A stretch of DNA of 64,000 nt from Candidatus Latescibacterota bacterium (lineage in GTDB: Bacteria; Latescibacterota; MWCZ01). Below, one piece after another: positions 37,668 to 46,810 of this stretch. The notes under the pieces are model-generated. The model saw only the letters and a program-made list of their open reading frames with translations. It was not told the origin of the DNA and did not search any database. The stretch covers positions 48,394 through 112,393 of the forward strand of contig JAKJDF010000001.1 of the NCBI GenBank assembly GCA_022706085.1. The letters are read 5' to 3'. The stretch's first letter is position 1. Each line of letters opens with the position of its first letter. The position numbers and the translations under genes were made by a program.

Positions 37668-38258
37668 GTGGATGCAGTTCTCGACAATGCGGTGCGGCAA
37701 TTCATGCGTCTACCAGGAGTTGGGAGGCGAACCGCACAGCGTTACGTGTACCATCTTCTTCGGCAGGGAGGCGAACAGACCCTGGCTCTGGCATCCGCCG
37801 TAGAGGCACTGCACACGAAAATCAGGCTCTGCAGCGTGTGTTGTTCACTCGGGGAAAGCGATCCGTGCGGCATTTGCACGGATTCCCGGCGGGACGCTTC
37901 TCTGATCTGTGTCGTGGGGGAGACCAGCGAAATCCCGGTGATAGAAGCGACTGGCAGATACCGCGGGCGGTACCACGTTCTCGGCGGTCTGCTCAACCCG
38001 GCGGCAGGAATCGGACCGGATAAGCTGACGTTCTCCGCCCTGCTCCGGAGGATCAATCCACAGGTGGCTGAAGTCATCGTAGCGCTGGATGCCAGCGTCG
38101 AGGGCGACACTACCGCGCTTTACATATCGCGGCTTCTGAAACCGACCGGCGTGCGCGTCACGACGCTCGCACGCGGATTGCCCGCCGGCGGCTCGCTTGA
38201 CCATGCGGACAAGGTTACGATCGGGCTATCGCTCGATGGACGGGTTCAACTTACGTAG
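37668..38258 (+). CDS. recR: recombination protein RecR
   Basis: GTG start. HhH LPGVGRRTAQR. Cys4 zinc finger CSVCCSLGESDPCGIC. Toprim block ICVVGE...DGD. Confidence 0.9.
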   Translation: MDAVLDNAVRQFMRLPGVGRRTAQRYVYHLLRQGGEQTLALASAVEALHTKIRLCSVCCSLGESDPCGICTDSRRDASLICVVGETSEIPVIEATGRYRGRYHVLGGLLNPAAGIGPDKLTFSALLRRINPQVAEVIVALDASVEGDTTALYISRLLKPTGVRVTTLARGLPAGGSLDHADKVTIGLSLDGRVQLT

Positions 38259-38292
38259 GACGGGCTTGTAGAAGCTCGCGTTGCAGGATTTT

Positions 38293-38880
38293 ATGGCGAA
38301 AATCAGAGAATTCGGCGAATCTGCCAATCTGATCACTCTGGCCCGAATTGTTCTTACTCCGCTGTTTGTGTGGTGGTTCACTTCGGCCGACTGGCGGCTG
38401 AAGGTCCTGGGATTCGTCGTGTTTGTGGCTGCCGCAATCACGGATTGGTGGGACGGGCACCATGCCAGAAAACACAAAACCGTATCGAATCTTGGCAAAT
38501 TCCTCGATCCCCTCGCGGACAAACTGCTCACCATCGCCGCGATGTTGACCCTTGCCTACGAGCACCTTGTTCAGCTCTGGATGATTCTGGTGATCTTCGC
38601 GAGGGATTTCTGGTTAACCTGGCTGCGCGTGCGTGCAGCGAACGCCGGAAAAGCATTCGTGACGTCTCAACTGGCCAAGTTCAAAACGGCGGTACAGATG
38701 ACCGCCATCATCACGATTATCGGGCTGTGGTGCATCTACAGCATCGCCAGCACGTATCAGGTCTGGCCCGAAATCGTTCCCGAATACTGGCTTGTCGCGC
38801 TGTTCAACGTGATGATTGCCGCAACAATGTTACTGGCACTCGTGTCCGGTTTCCAGTATCTCCGTCGGAGCACAGCTTAG
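38293..38880 (+). CDS. pgsA: CDP-diacylglycerol--glycerol-3-phosphate 3-phosphatidyltransferase
   Basis: CDP-alcohol phosphatidyltransferase motif DWWDGHHARKHKTVSNLGKFLDPLADK. ATG 38293 preferred over TTG 38281. Confidence 0.85.
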   Translation: MAKIREFGESANLITLARIVLTPLFVWWFTSADWRLKVLGFVVFVAAAITDWWDGHHARKHKTVSNLGKFLDPLADKLLTIAAMLTLAYEHLVQLWMILVIFARDFWLTWLRVRAANAGKAFVTSQLAKFKTAVQMTAIITIIGLWCIYSIASTYQVWPEIVPEYWLVALFNVMIAATMLLALVSGFQYLRRSTA

Positions 38881-38889
38881 GAGCCGAGG

Positions 38890-39396
38890 ATGACAATCCG
38901 GCGGGAGTACGACACGCGAGGCGTGAACGCCTTCCAGTCAGTCTCCACGAAGCTGGTCGCCACGGTTGCCGGCGCCGGGTACTCTCCGGTTGCGCCGGGC
39001 ACCGCAGGTACTCTCGTCGGATGCCTGGTGTTGTTCATCCTCGAGCCTGATTTTTCTTCTGGCCCTTTTCTCGTCACCATTGTCGTTGTGTACGCAATCG
39101 GCGTTCTCGTTAGCTCGTGGGCCGAACGCGTGTGGAAAAAAAGCGACCCCGGCCAGGTATGCATTGACGAACTGGCCGGGTTGCTGGTATCCCTTGCGTA
39201 CGTCCCCGCCAGAGACCCCGCTCTTCTCCTCGCCGCGGCGTTTCTTTTGTTTCGCGTGTTTGACATCATAAAGCCGCCACCCGCGCGCGCGGCGGAAAGC
39301 GCACGGTCCGGGTGGGGGATCATGAACGACGACATGGTCGCCGGCCTCTACACCAACGCGGCGCTGCAAATCATCAGTCGACTGGGCTGGTTATGA
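38890..39396 (+). CDS. pgpA: phosphatidylglycerophosphatase A
   Basis: PGTAGTLVG and FRVFDIIKPPP motifs. Follows pgsA. Confidence 0.8.
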   Translation: MTIRREYDTRGVNAFQSVSTKLVATVAGAGYSPVAPGTAGTLVGCLVLFILEPDFSSGPFLVTIVVVYAIGVLVSSWAERVWKKSDPGQVCIDELAGLLVSLAYVPARDPALLLAAAFLLFRVFDIIKPPPARAAESARSGWGIMNDDMVAGLYTNAALQIISRLGWL

Positions 39397-40718
39397 AACG
39401 GGACACACCGCAACAGAACGGCGAGCCACCCAGAGCCGAAATTATCACGATAGGCAACGAGGTTCTTTCCGGGCGCACAGTGAACACCAATGCCGCTTTT
39501 ATCGCATCAGAATTGGAGCGGGCGGGTGTCTCGGTGGCATGGGTTACCACGGTGGGCGATGTCTCCTCGCACATGCGCGACGCCTTCTTGAGGGCATGGG
39601 AGCGCGCGACAGTGGTGATTGCAACCGGGGGACTCGGTCCGACGCACGATGATGTGACTCGCTCGGTGTTCTGTGAAGTTTTTTCGCGCGGCTTGCGACG
39701 CGACGAAGCGGTGCTGCAGAACATCCGCAGCCTTTTTTCCGCGCGGGGGAGGCAGGTTACTCCCAGAAATGAAGAGCAAGCCCTCGTTCCCGAAGGCACT
39801 GAGGTGCTTCAGAATCGGTGGGGCACCGCGCCCGGAATCCATTGGACCGAGAATGGAAAGCACTGGTTCATGTTGCCGGGTGTTCCGCGCGAAATGCAAA
39901 ACCTGATGACGCACGAGGTGCTCCCCAGACTCAGGGGCCTCCCGGGCGCAAGGATTGTTGTGCGGCGGGAGCTTCACGTGGTCGGAGTGCCCGAATCCTA
40001 TTTGATGGACCAGATTGCAGATATTCACGGAATCGAACACGTTGCGTCGCTTCCCGACTCAAAAGGCGAAGTATGTCTCCGCGTCACCGTAACCGCCGGA
40101 AGTAACGACGAAGCCTGCGCCCGATGCGCACGTATCGTCTCTGATCTTGAGGCAAGGCTCGGGGACGCGATCTACGGGTACGATGGCGACACCCTGGAAG
40201 TCGTGGTGGGCAGGTTGCTCGCCGAACGAAACATGACTATCGCAGTGGCGGAATCGTGCACAGGTGGCTTGGTGACATCTCGCTTGACGGACGTACCCGG
40301 GAGTTCCAGATACCTTGTTTCGGCAGTAGTGGCATACGCGAATACCGCCAAAACGGACTTTCTTGGAGTGCCGCTGTCAACACTTACCGCGTATGGCGCG
40401 GTAAGCGCAGAAACAGCAGCCGCCATGGCCTCAGGAATACGAGCCAGGTCGCAGACGGATCTGGGAGTTGCAGTAACCGGGATCGCGGGACCGGGTGGAG
40501 GTTCTCCCGAAAAACCTGTCGGGCTGGTGTACCTGGCGGTGGCGGACGACGAGGGAGTCGAGGTGGTGCGCGAATTATTCGGCGACGACCGTCTGCTCAC
40601 CAAAGCACGGGCAGCTGAAACCGCACTGGCGCTGGTTCGGAAGCGTCTGCTTCGCAAGACGGGAAATCCCGTCAGGCAGGAGAAGCTGAAAGACCGGGAG
40701 GGGAACAGGGCGACATGA
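39393..40718 (+). CDS. cinA: CinA family protein (MoCF-binding domain plus nicotinamide-nucleotide amidohydrolase PncC domain)
   Basis: ORF 39312..40718. ATG 39393 overlaps the pgpA stop (ATGA). EIITIGNEVLSGRTVNTNAAF start, C-terminal AESCTGG motif. Confidence 0.85.
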   Translation: MKRDTPQQNGEPPRAEIITIGNEVLSGRTVNTNAAFIASELERAGVSVAWVTTVGDVSSHMRDAFLRAWERATVVIATGGLGPTHDDVTRSVFCEVFSRGLRRDEAVLQNIRSLFSARGRQVTPRNEEQALVPEGTEVLQNRWGTAPGIHWTENGKHWFMLPGVPREMQNLMTHEVLPRLRGLPGARIVVRRELHVVGVPESYLMDQIADIHGIEHVASLPDSKGEVCLRVTVTAGSNDEACARCARIVSDLEARLGDAIYGYDGDTLEVVVGRLLAERNMTIAVAESCTGGLVTSRLTDVPGSSRYLVSAVVAYANTAKTDFLGVPLSTLTAYGAVSAETAAAMASGIRARSQTDLGVAVTGIAGPGGGSPEKPVGLVYLAVADDEGVEVVRELFGDDRLLTKARAAETALALVRKRLLRKTGNPVRQEKLKDREGNRAT

Positions 40719-41419
40719 ATGTCCTTATAGTGACCGCACACCCCGACGACATGGAAATTCTGTGCGCCGGAACCGCCATCCGTTATAAGTTGAGGGGAGA
40801 CAGCGTGACGATCTGCCACGCGTGTACGGGTTCTCTCGGACACATGGTAATTCCGCCGTCTGAGTTGGTCCCCATGCGCTGGGAAGAAGCTGAAAAGGCT
40901 TCAAAAATCGCGGGGCTGCAGCACGAGACACTCGGAGTGCCTGATCTCCAGGTCGCGGAAAGAGATGAGGTTGTTTGCCTGCTCGCATCGCTGATCCGCG
41001 ACGTGCGCCCGGATGTGATTATCACCCACGATCCGAACGACTACATGCCGGACCACAGCGATCTCGCCCACCTCGTGCTGAAAAGCAGCTTCGTGGCGAC
41101 ACTCCCCCATCACGAACACGTCAACGGCGAGTGTTTCCCGGTGGTATCCCCGGTTTTTTTCATGGACACCGTCATGGGAGTCGGCTTTGTCCCCGAGGAA
41201 TACGTGGACATCACCGACGTCTTCGACACTAAGAAGGCCATGCTGGCCTGCCATGCCAGTCAGGTTGACTGGCTCCGAGACCACGACGGGATCGACGTAA
41301 TTGAGAACATGCGGATCTGTGCCCAATACCGCGGGCTTCAATGCGGGAAGAAGTACGCGGAAGCGTTCCGCGTGAATCGTACGTGGCCTCGGGTGACAAC
41401 AGAAAGGCTTTTGCCGTAA
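40715..41419 (+). CDS. PIG-L/LmbE family deacetylase
   Basis: VLIVTAHPDDMEILCAGT and ITHDPNDYMPDH motifs. ATGA overlap with cinA. Confidence 0.8.
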   Translation: MNVLIVTAHPDDMEILCAGTAIRYKLRGDSVTICHACTGSLGHMVIPPSELVPMRWEEAEKASKIAGLQHETLGVPDLQVAERDEVVCLLASLIRDVRPDVIITHDPNDYMPDHSDLAHLVLKSSFVATLPHHEHVNGECFPVVSPVFFMDTVMGVGFVPEEYVDITDVFDTKKAMLACHASQVDWLRDHDGIDVIENMRICAQYRGLQCGKKYAEAFRVNRTWPRVTTERLLP

Positions 41420-41445
41420 AACCGGCCCGGCAAAGCGAGGGGCAT

Positions 41446-42012
41446 ATGGGTACGTTGCTTCCCACAAGGGACGAGGCATGGGCTCTCCTCTGCGAATGGA
41501 CGTCATCTCCGGGCCTGCGCGCCCATGCGCTGGCGGTGGAAGCCGCTATGCGTTTCTACGCCCGGAATTCGGGGCAATCGGAACAATACTGGGGTAACGT
41601 CGGCCTGCTTCATGACTTCGACTATGAGCGCTACCCGGATGCGGCGGATCATCCACTGAAAGGCGCGGAGGAACTACGACGCCGCGGGTATGACGAGTCG
41701 TTCGTGCGCGCTGTTCTGAGCCATGCGGACTACCTCGGTCTGGCCCGGAACACGAACGCGGAAAAGACGCTGTTCGCTGTGGACGAGTTGTGCGGACTCA
41801 TCATGGCGACGGCGATGGTTATGCCGAGTCGTTCACTCGCAGAAGTCACCGCGGAAGCAGTGCTCAAAAAGATGAAGTCCAAAGGGTTTGCGCGGAAGGT
41901 GAACAGGGAAGACATTGTCCGCGGAACTGAGGGGCTGGATATCCCCCTTGAAACGCACGTATCCAATGTCGTCCGGGCGCTGCAGGGGATCGCACCGACG
42001 CTCGGTCTGTGA
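41446..42012 (+). CDS. HD-domain hydrolase (HDIG-type)
   Basis: ORF 41341..42012, start ATG 41446. H...HD motif (AHALAVE...GLLHDFDYE). Confidence 0.7.
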   Translation: MGTLLPTRDEAWALLCEWTSSPGLRAHALAVEAAMRFYARNSGQSEQYWGNVGLLHDFDYERYPDAADHPLKGAEELRRRGYDESFVRAVLSHADYLGLARNTNAEKTLFAVDELCGLIMATAMVMPSRSLAEVTAEAVLKKMKSKGFARKVNREDIVRGTEGLDIPLETHVSNVVRALQGIAPTLGL

Positions 42013-42035
42013 CTTCGGGTGGGAAAGGCATCACC

Positions 42036-43151
42036 ATGGCAACACCTGTCATTATGCCGCAGATGAGCGATACGATGACAGAGGGCACGCTCGTACGGTG
42101 GCTCAAGGCTGAAGGAGATGAGGTTGAGGCCGGTGATCCTATTGCCGAGGTAGAAACTGACAAGGCCATCATGGAACTTGAAGCACCGGCTCGGGGAACG
42201 CTTCTGAGGGTTTTTGTCCCGCCGGATACGGTGGTCTCCTGCGGGACGCGTGTTGCGTTGATCGGAGTTCCGGGGGAACAGGGAGAAGACGAGCCCCCTG
42301 CCCATCCGCCTTCAACCGAATCGCGAGTACACGCTTCGCCGGCCGCGCGGAAACTTGCCTCCCGCAGTGACATAGATATCCGTCAGGTGCCAGGTTCCGG
42401 ACCAGGCGGACGCGTCGTTCTCCGAGACGTCGCCGCCGCCGCGGCGGAAGTTCTCAAGGAACCCGCGGCGAACTCGCGGGAGTTCCCCCGGCAGCGATCG
42501 GTGATGGTTTCGCGCCTGGTATCTTCTCACCAGGAAATACCCACATTTACGGTGACACGCACCATTCGGATGGACCGCGCACTTGCATTTCGTAAGCTCC
42601 AGACAGAAAGTGGCGCGTTTCCGGAAGGACTCGGAATCACAGAGCTGTGCGTTGCAGCTGCAGCGCGGGCTTTGGGAGCGGAGCCACGATTGAACGCCCG
42701 CTACGCCGACGGCCGCGTAATCCTTCAGGAGGCCGTCAACATCGGGATTGCGGTGGGATTGGAGGATTTTGTGGCCGTCCCTGTCATTCAACGATGCAAT
42801 GCGCTGACACTGAAAGAGATTGCGGCGGAGTTCCGACGAATCACTGCAGCCGCAAAGGGGGGCTCCCTGTTGCCGGATGATACACGAGGCGGTACGTTTA
42901 CGGTATCGAACCTGGGGATGCTGGGTGTCGATCAGTTTTCGGCGATCATCAATCCCCCCGAAGCGGCGATTCTTGCTGTGGGGACTATACGCAGGGAGAT
43001 TTCTTTCGAGGTGGACCGTATCGAAGCCCGGAACGTGATGTCGGTCACTCTTACCGTGGACCATCGGGTCGCGGATGGGCTGCATGCCGCCCGCTGGCTC
43101 CAGGAATTCGCGCGGGTTCTGGAGAATCCGGACCAGACGCTCGCGATCTAG
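42036..43151 (+). CDS. 2-oxoacid dehydrogenase E2 component (dihydrolipoamide acyltransferase), single lipoyl domain
   Basis: Lipoyl-lysine block VETDKAIMELEAP. E3-binding-like ASPAARKLA. Catalytic LTVDHRVADG. Confidence 0.85.
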   Translation: MATPVIMPQMSDTMTEGTLVRWLKAEGDEVEAGDPIAEVETDKAIMELEAPARGTLLRVFVPPDTVVSCGTRVALIGVPGEQGEDEPPAHPPSTESRVHASPAARKLASRSDIDIRQVPGSGPGGRVVLRDVAAAAAEVLKEPAANSREFPRQRSVMVSRLVSSHQEIPTFTVTRTIRMDRALAFRKLQTESGAFPEGLGITELCVAAAARALGAEPRLNARYADGRVILQEAVNIGIAVGLEDFVAVPVIQRCNALTLKEIAAEFRRITAAAKGGSLLPDDTRGGTFTVSNLGMLGVDQFSAIINPPEAAILAVGTIRREISFEVDRIEARNVMSVTLTVDHRVADGLHAARWLQEFARVLENPDQTLAI

Positions 43152-43243
43152 ACGGACACGGGTTGGCAACGCGTTTTCGTATATTCTGGTGCGCGTGACC
43201 AAACGGGAAGAATCATAATCTTGCCTAGAGGGGCCCTTGGACA

Positions 43244-43576
43244 ATGGAAGAACACGAAATCGTTGCTGCTCTCGCCGAAAACCGACTTCATGAAGAAGTC
43301 GACGCAATCGAACAGACGGGTGCGCTCCATGGAATCCACCAGGTGCTCTTCTCGCGAGCACTGGGGCTGGGGATTCCTCGCGCTGAACTTGTGCGCAGAA
43401 TCGATGACGCCACATTCCAGGTCGCGCGTTCCTCAATGCTGGACATTAACGAGCTCAAACTCATGAACCGAAAAACACTTGAGGGGTATGACCCCAAACT
43501 CGCTCGTGACGTATACCGCGCGCAGATCCATGTGATGATTGACGCGTGCGCAGAAGCGGCTGCGAACGCCGGTTGA
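43244..43576 (+). CDS. hypothetical 110-aa protein, paralogous to the N-terminal domain of the next gene
   Basis: Aligns over its full length with residues 1-110 of the ORF at 43658 (e.g. GIPRAELVRRIDDATFQVA vs GIPRVELVKAIDDSTFDVA; EGYDPKLARDVYRAQIHVMI vs EEYDPRLAVEVYRTQINVMI). Confidence 0.6.
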   Translation: MEEHEIVAALAENRLHEEVDAIEQTGALHGIHQVLFSRALGLGIPRAELVRRIDDATFQVARSSMLDINELKLMNRKTLEGYDPKLARDVYRAQIHVMIDACAEAAANAG

Positions 43577-43657
43577 AAAGGAACGGCTCGGAATGACCGT
43601 GGATCACTGAAATTCGAGCTTATTCAAAAAGCATTTCCCCTTGCCCAGGGAGGTACC

Positions 43658-44377
43658 ATGGAAAAAAGAGAGATTTTGACGGCGCTCGAAGAAGGACGCC
43701 TTCGGGGCATCATCAAGTCGTTCAATTCAACGCGAGAACTCGAACCGGTTCACCAGGCACTGTTTCACAAAGCACTCGAACTGGGCATTCCGCGGGTGGA
43801 GCTTGTCAAAGCAATCGACGACAGCACGTTCGATGTGGCAAAACAGGCGATGCTCGATCATCGAGATCTCAAGCAGATGAGCAGGAAAATGCTTGAGGAG
43901 TACGACCCGCGACTGGCGGTGGAGGTGTACCGGACGCAGATCAACGTCATGATTACCGCCTGCGAGACAGCGATGAAACAGCGGGCGATCCTCAAACCCG
44001 AGGAGCGCCTTTTCAATACGGACGCCTACGGTCAGACTCTTTCGACGGCAGCGGCAGACGGCCATCCGGAAGTTGCTGTATTTACGGGTCTTGCGAAGCT
44101 TGACGGCGACACAGTGACGTTCGGGCGGATCGGGGCGGACAAGGCGTACAACAATCTCAAGGCGAACCCTCACGCCGTTTTCACCGCTGTCGGCCCGAGC
44201 AATGATCCGACAAAGTATGCGTTCATCACCATAGACGCCCATCTGGACAAGGACATCGCGGAAGGTCCTGAGCTGGACGAGTTGCGGAAACGGCTTGGTT
44301 CGCCGGTGGTGAACTGCATGGTGTTCTCGGTAAACAGAATCAACGTGGTGCATCTCCCGAAACCGAAGCCAGCGTAG
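43658..44377 (+). CDS. two-domain protein: unknown N-terminal domain plus pyridoxamine-5'-phosphate-oxidase-like (FMN-binding split-barrel) C-terminal domain
   Basis: GGAGG RBS. The C-terminal ~110 aa (AVFTGLAKLDGDTVTFG...ANPHAVFTAV...YAFITIDAHL) resembles PNPOx-like split barrels; this assignment is tentative. Confidence 0.6.
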   Translation: MEKREILTALEEGRLRGIIKSFNSTRELEPVHQALFHKALELGIPRVELVKAIDDSTFDVAKQAMLDHRDLKQMSRKMLEEYDPRLAVEVYRTQINVMITACETAMKQRAILKPEERLFNTDAYGQTLSTAAADGHPEVAVFTGLAKLDGDTVTFGRIGADKAYNNLKANPHAVFTAVGPSNDPTKYAFITIDAHLDKDIAEGPELDELRKRLGSPVVNCMVFSVNRINVVHLPKPKPA

Positions 44378-44382
44378 CGGGT

Positions 44383-45003
44383 ATGCCCTTTCAGATCGTT
44401 GCGGCTACACGCAACCGAGGCAAGCTGCGGGAGATTCAATCCCTGTATGGCGATCTGCCTCTTATGTGGCGGCCGATGGATGACATAGGAAGTCCGCCGA
44501 TTATCGAGGAAACCGGCACGACGTTCCAGGACAACGCGCTTCTCAAAGCTCGAGGCATTGCGAAGTGGAGCGGCTTTGCGGCGCTGGGTGAAGACAGCGG
44601 ACTGGAAGTAGATGCGCTGGCAGGCGATCCCGGCGTTCGGTCCGCACGCTTCGCCGGGGAGCACGCATCGGACAAGGAGAACATCGCTCTCCTGTTGCGC
44701 CGACTCGAGGGCATTCCCCGGGCCGAGCGCACCGCACGATTCATCTGCGTCGTGGCGCTCGTCTGGACGGACGGCACCGAGGTGGTTGCGAAAGGAACCT
44801 GCGAAGGGCATATCGCGGAAGAGCCCGCGGGTACAAGTGGTTTCGGATACGATCCTCTCTTCATCCCTGAAGGACAGGTGGCGACCTTCGCTGAACTGGG
44901 CGAGACGTTCAAGAACACCGTGAGCCACCGCGCCAGAGCGTTGCGAGGACTTCGTCCCTGGTTGGAGGGACGGATCAGATACGCAGGTCGTGCTCCCTCG
45001 TGA
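44383..45003 (+). CDS. rdgB: non-canonical purine NTP pyrophosphatase (RdgB/HAM1 family)
   Basis: VAATRNRGKLREI, EETGTTFQDNALLKA, GFGYDPLFIP, SHRARAL motifs. Confidence 0.85.
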   Translation: MPFQIVAATRNRGKLREIQSLYGDLPLMWRPMDDIGSPPIIEETGTTFQDNALLKARGIAKWSGFAALGEDSGLEVDALAGDPGVRSARFAGEHASDKENIALLLRRLEGIPRAERTARFICVVALVWTDGTEVVAKGTCEGHIAEEPAGTSGFGYDPLFIPEGQVATFAELGETFKNTVSHRARALRGLRPWLEGRIRYAGRAPS

Positions 45004-45791
45004 TGGAACTGTACGTTCTTGCGAGCAGCAGCGCCGGGAATGCGATAGCAATCCGGAACGGGCAAGGCATCATGCTCGTCGATGCAGGTCTGAGTGTGCG
45101 ACGCATCGAAGAACGGTTGCAAACTGCCGGGTGGCACGCGCAAGACGTGAGGTGTGTCCTCCTCACCCACGAGCACAGCGATCACACGCGGGGAGTCGGG
45201 ACCTTCGCGCGGCGGTACCACGTTCCCGTTTACGGAACCCCCGGAACGCTGGAGGCAATCACCGACCAATGGCGCGGAACTGAGAGGCTGTGCGCCATTG
45301 CAGCAGGGTCACGGACCGTCATCCACGGGTTTCAGGTGGAAGCGTTTTCCGTTCCGCACGACGTGGCGGATCCGGTTCAGTTTGTTGTTCGTGACGGCCT
45401 CGTGTCCATCGGGATCGCAACCGACCTGGGCACGGTTACTTCCCTCGTTCGACAGAAGATGCGAGCGGTGGACCTTGCAGTCGTAGAAGCGAACCACGAC
45501 GCAGAACGACTGAGGTGGGGCCGATATCCGTGGAATGTCAAACAACGTGTAGGCAGCTCTCAAGGGCACCTGGACAATGAGCAGGCCGCCGAACTGGTGC
45601 GCGATCTGGCGCGCGAAGGCGTCCCTCACATAGTCCTTGCGCATCTGAGCCCTCGGCATAACGACGCCGAACACGTGGAAAAAGCTATGGCGAACGCACT
45701 TGCCACTGTGGCACAAAAACCGGTGCTGACTATCGTTCCCCCCGGTGAAGGAAGTCCCGTAATCCAGATTCGAAAGGCCGTGCGTTCATGA
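45003..45791 (+). CDS. MBL-fold metallo-hydrolase
   Basis: LLTHEHSDH metal motif. ATG 45003 overlaps the rdgB stop (TGATG). Confidence 0.75.
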   Translation: MELYVLASSSAGNAIAIRNGQGIMLVDAGLSVRRIEERLQTAGWHAQDVRCVLLTHEHSDHTRGVGTFARRYHVPVYGTPGTLEAITDQWRGTERLCAIAAGSRTVIHGFQVEAFSVPHDVADPVQFVVRDGLVSIGIATDLGTVTSLVRQKMRAVDLAVVEANHDAERLRWGRYPWNVKQRVGSSQGHLDNEQAAELVRDLAREGVPHIVLAHLSPRHNDAEHVEKAMANALATVAQKPVLTIVPPGEGSPVIQIRKAVRS

Positions 45792-46810
45792 GTTGGACCA
45801 TACTGGTCACCGGCGGCGCGGGGTTCATCGGGTCCAATTTCGTACGCTACCTATTGCGGGAATACCCGGATTACCGCGTTATCAACCTCGACAAGCTCAC
45901 ATATTCCGGCAATCTGAACAACCTGAAGGACGTCGCGCGGGACCCTCGATACGAGTTCGTTCAAGGAGACATCACGGAGGAATCCGTGGTACTGCCGCTT
46001 GTGCAGCGTTCCGACGCAGTCGTCAACTTTGCTGCGGAGAGCCACGTGGACCGATCCATCGCGGACCCCGGGGTGTTTCTCCGAACGAACGTCGAAGGGC
46101 CACGCGTGTTGCTCGAGGCCTCCCGGGAGAGTGGAGTCAAGCGTTTTGTGCAGATCAGCACGGACGAAGTGTACGGCGAGGTGATGACGGGGTCTTCCCG
46201 GGAGACGGATCGACTGGCGCCGAGGAGTCCTTACTCCGCGAGCAAAGCAGGAGGCGAACTACTCGTCCAGTCCTACCACGTAACTTTCGGTGTGCCGACG
46301 CTTATCACCCGGGGATCGAACACCATCGGGCCGTACCAGTACCCGGAAAAAGTGGTGCCGTTGTTCATTACGAACGCGCTCGACGATCGTCCTCTGCCCA
46401 TTTACGGGCCGGGGACGGCAGTGCGTGACTACATCCACGTAGTCGACCATTGCCGTGGAATCGATCAGGTTCTGCATCACGGGATCGAAGGCGAGGTGTA
46501 CAACATCGGCGCTGATAACTCGGTGAACACGGTTGACCTGGCATCCGCCATTGTGGATTACCTCGGCAAACCGCGTGCGCTCCTCCAGCACGTACAGGAC
46601 AGGCCGGGCCACGACCAGCGGTATTCTGTTGACTCGGGCAAACTTCGCAAGCTGGGATGGAGCCTTTGCTACACGTTCAAGGATGCGCTGGAGGAAACGA
46701 TACGCTGGTATCGCGATAACCGCGAGTGGTGGGAACCCATCAAGAAGGGTGAGTACGCGCGCTGGTATGACGAGCACTACAAAATCCATGAGACGCCGCA
46801 TGAATCGTAG
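45788..46810 (+). CDS. rfbB: dTDP-glucose 4,6-dehydratase
   Basis: TGGAGFIGSNFVRYLL, YSASKAGGELL (YxxxK), DKLTYSGNLNNL. ATGA overlap with the upstream gene. Confidence 0.9.
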   Translation: MSWTILVTGGAGFIGSNFVRYLLREYPDYRVINLDKLTYSGNLNNLKDVARDPRYEFVQGDITEESVVLPLVQRSDAVVNFAAESHVDRSIADPGVFLRTNVEGPRVLLEASRESGVKRFVQISTDEVYGEVMTGSSRETDRLAPRSPYSASKAGGELLVQSYHVTFGVPTLITRGSNTIGPYQYPEKVVPLFITNALDDRPLPIYGPGTAVRDYIHVVDHCRGIDQVLHHGIEGEVYNIGADNSVNTVDLASAIVDYLGKPRALLQHVQDRPGHDQRYSVDSGKLRKLGWSLCYTFKDALEETIRWYRDNREWWEPIKKGEYARWYDEHYKIHETPHES

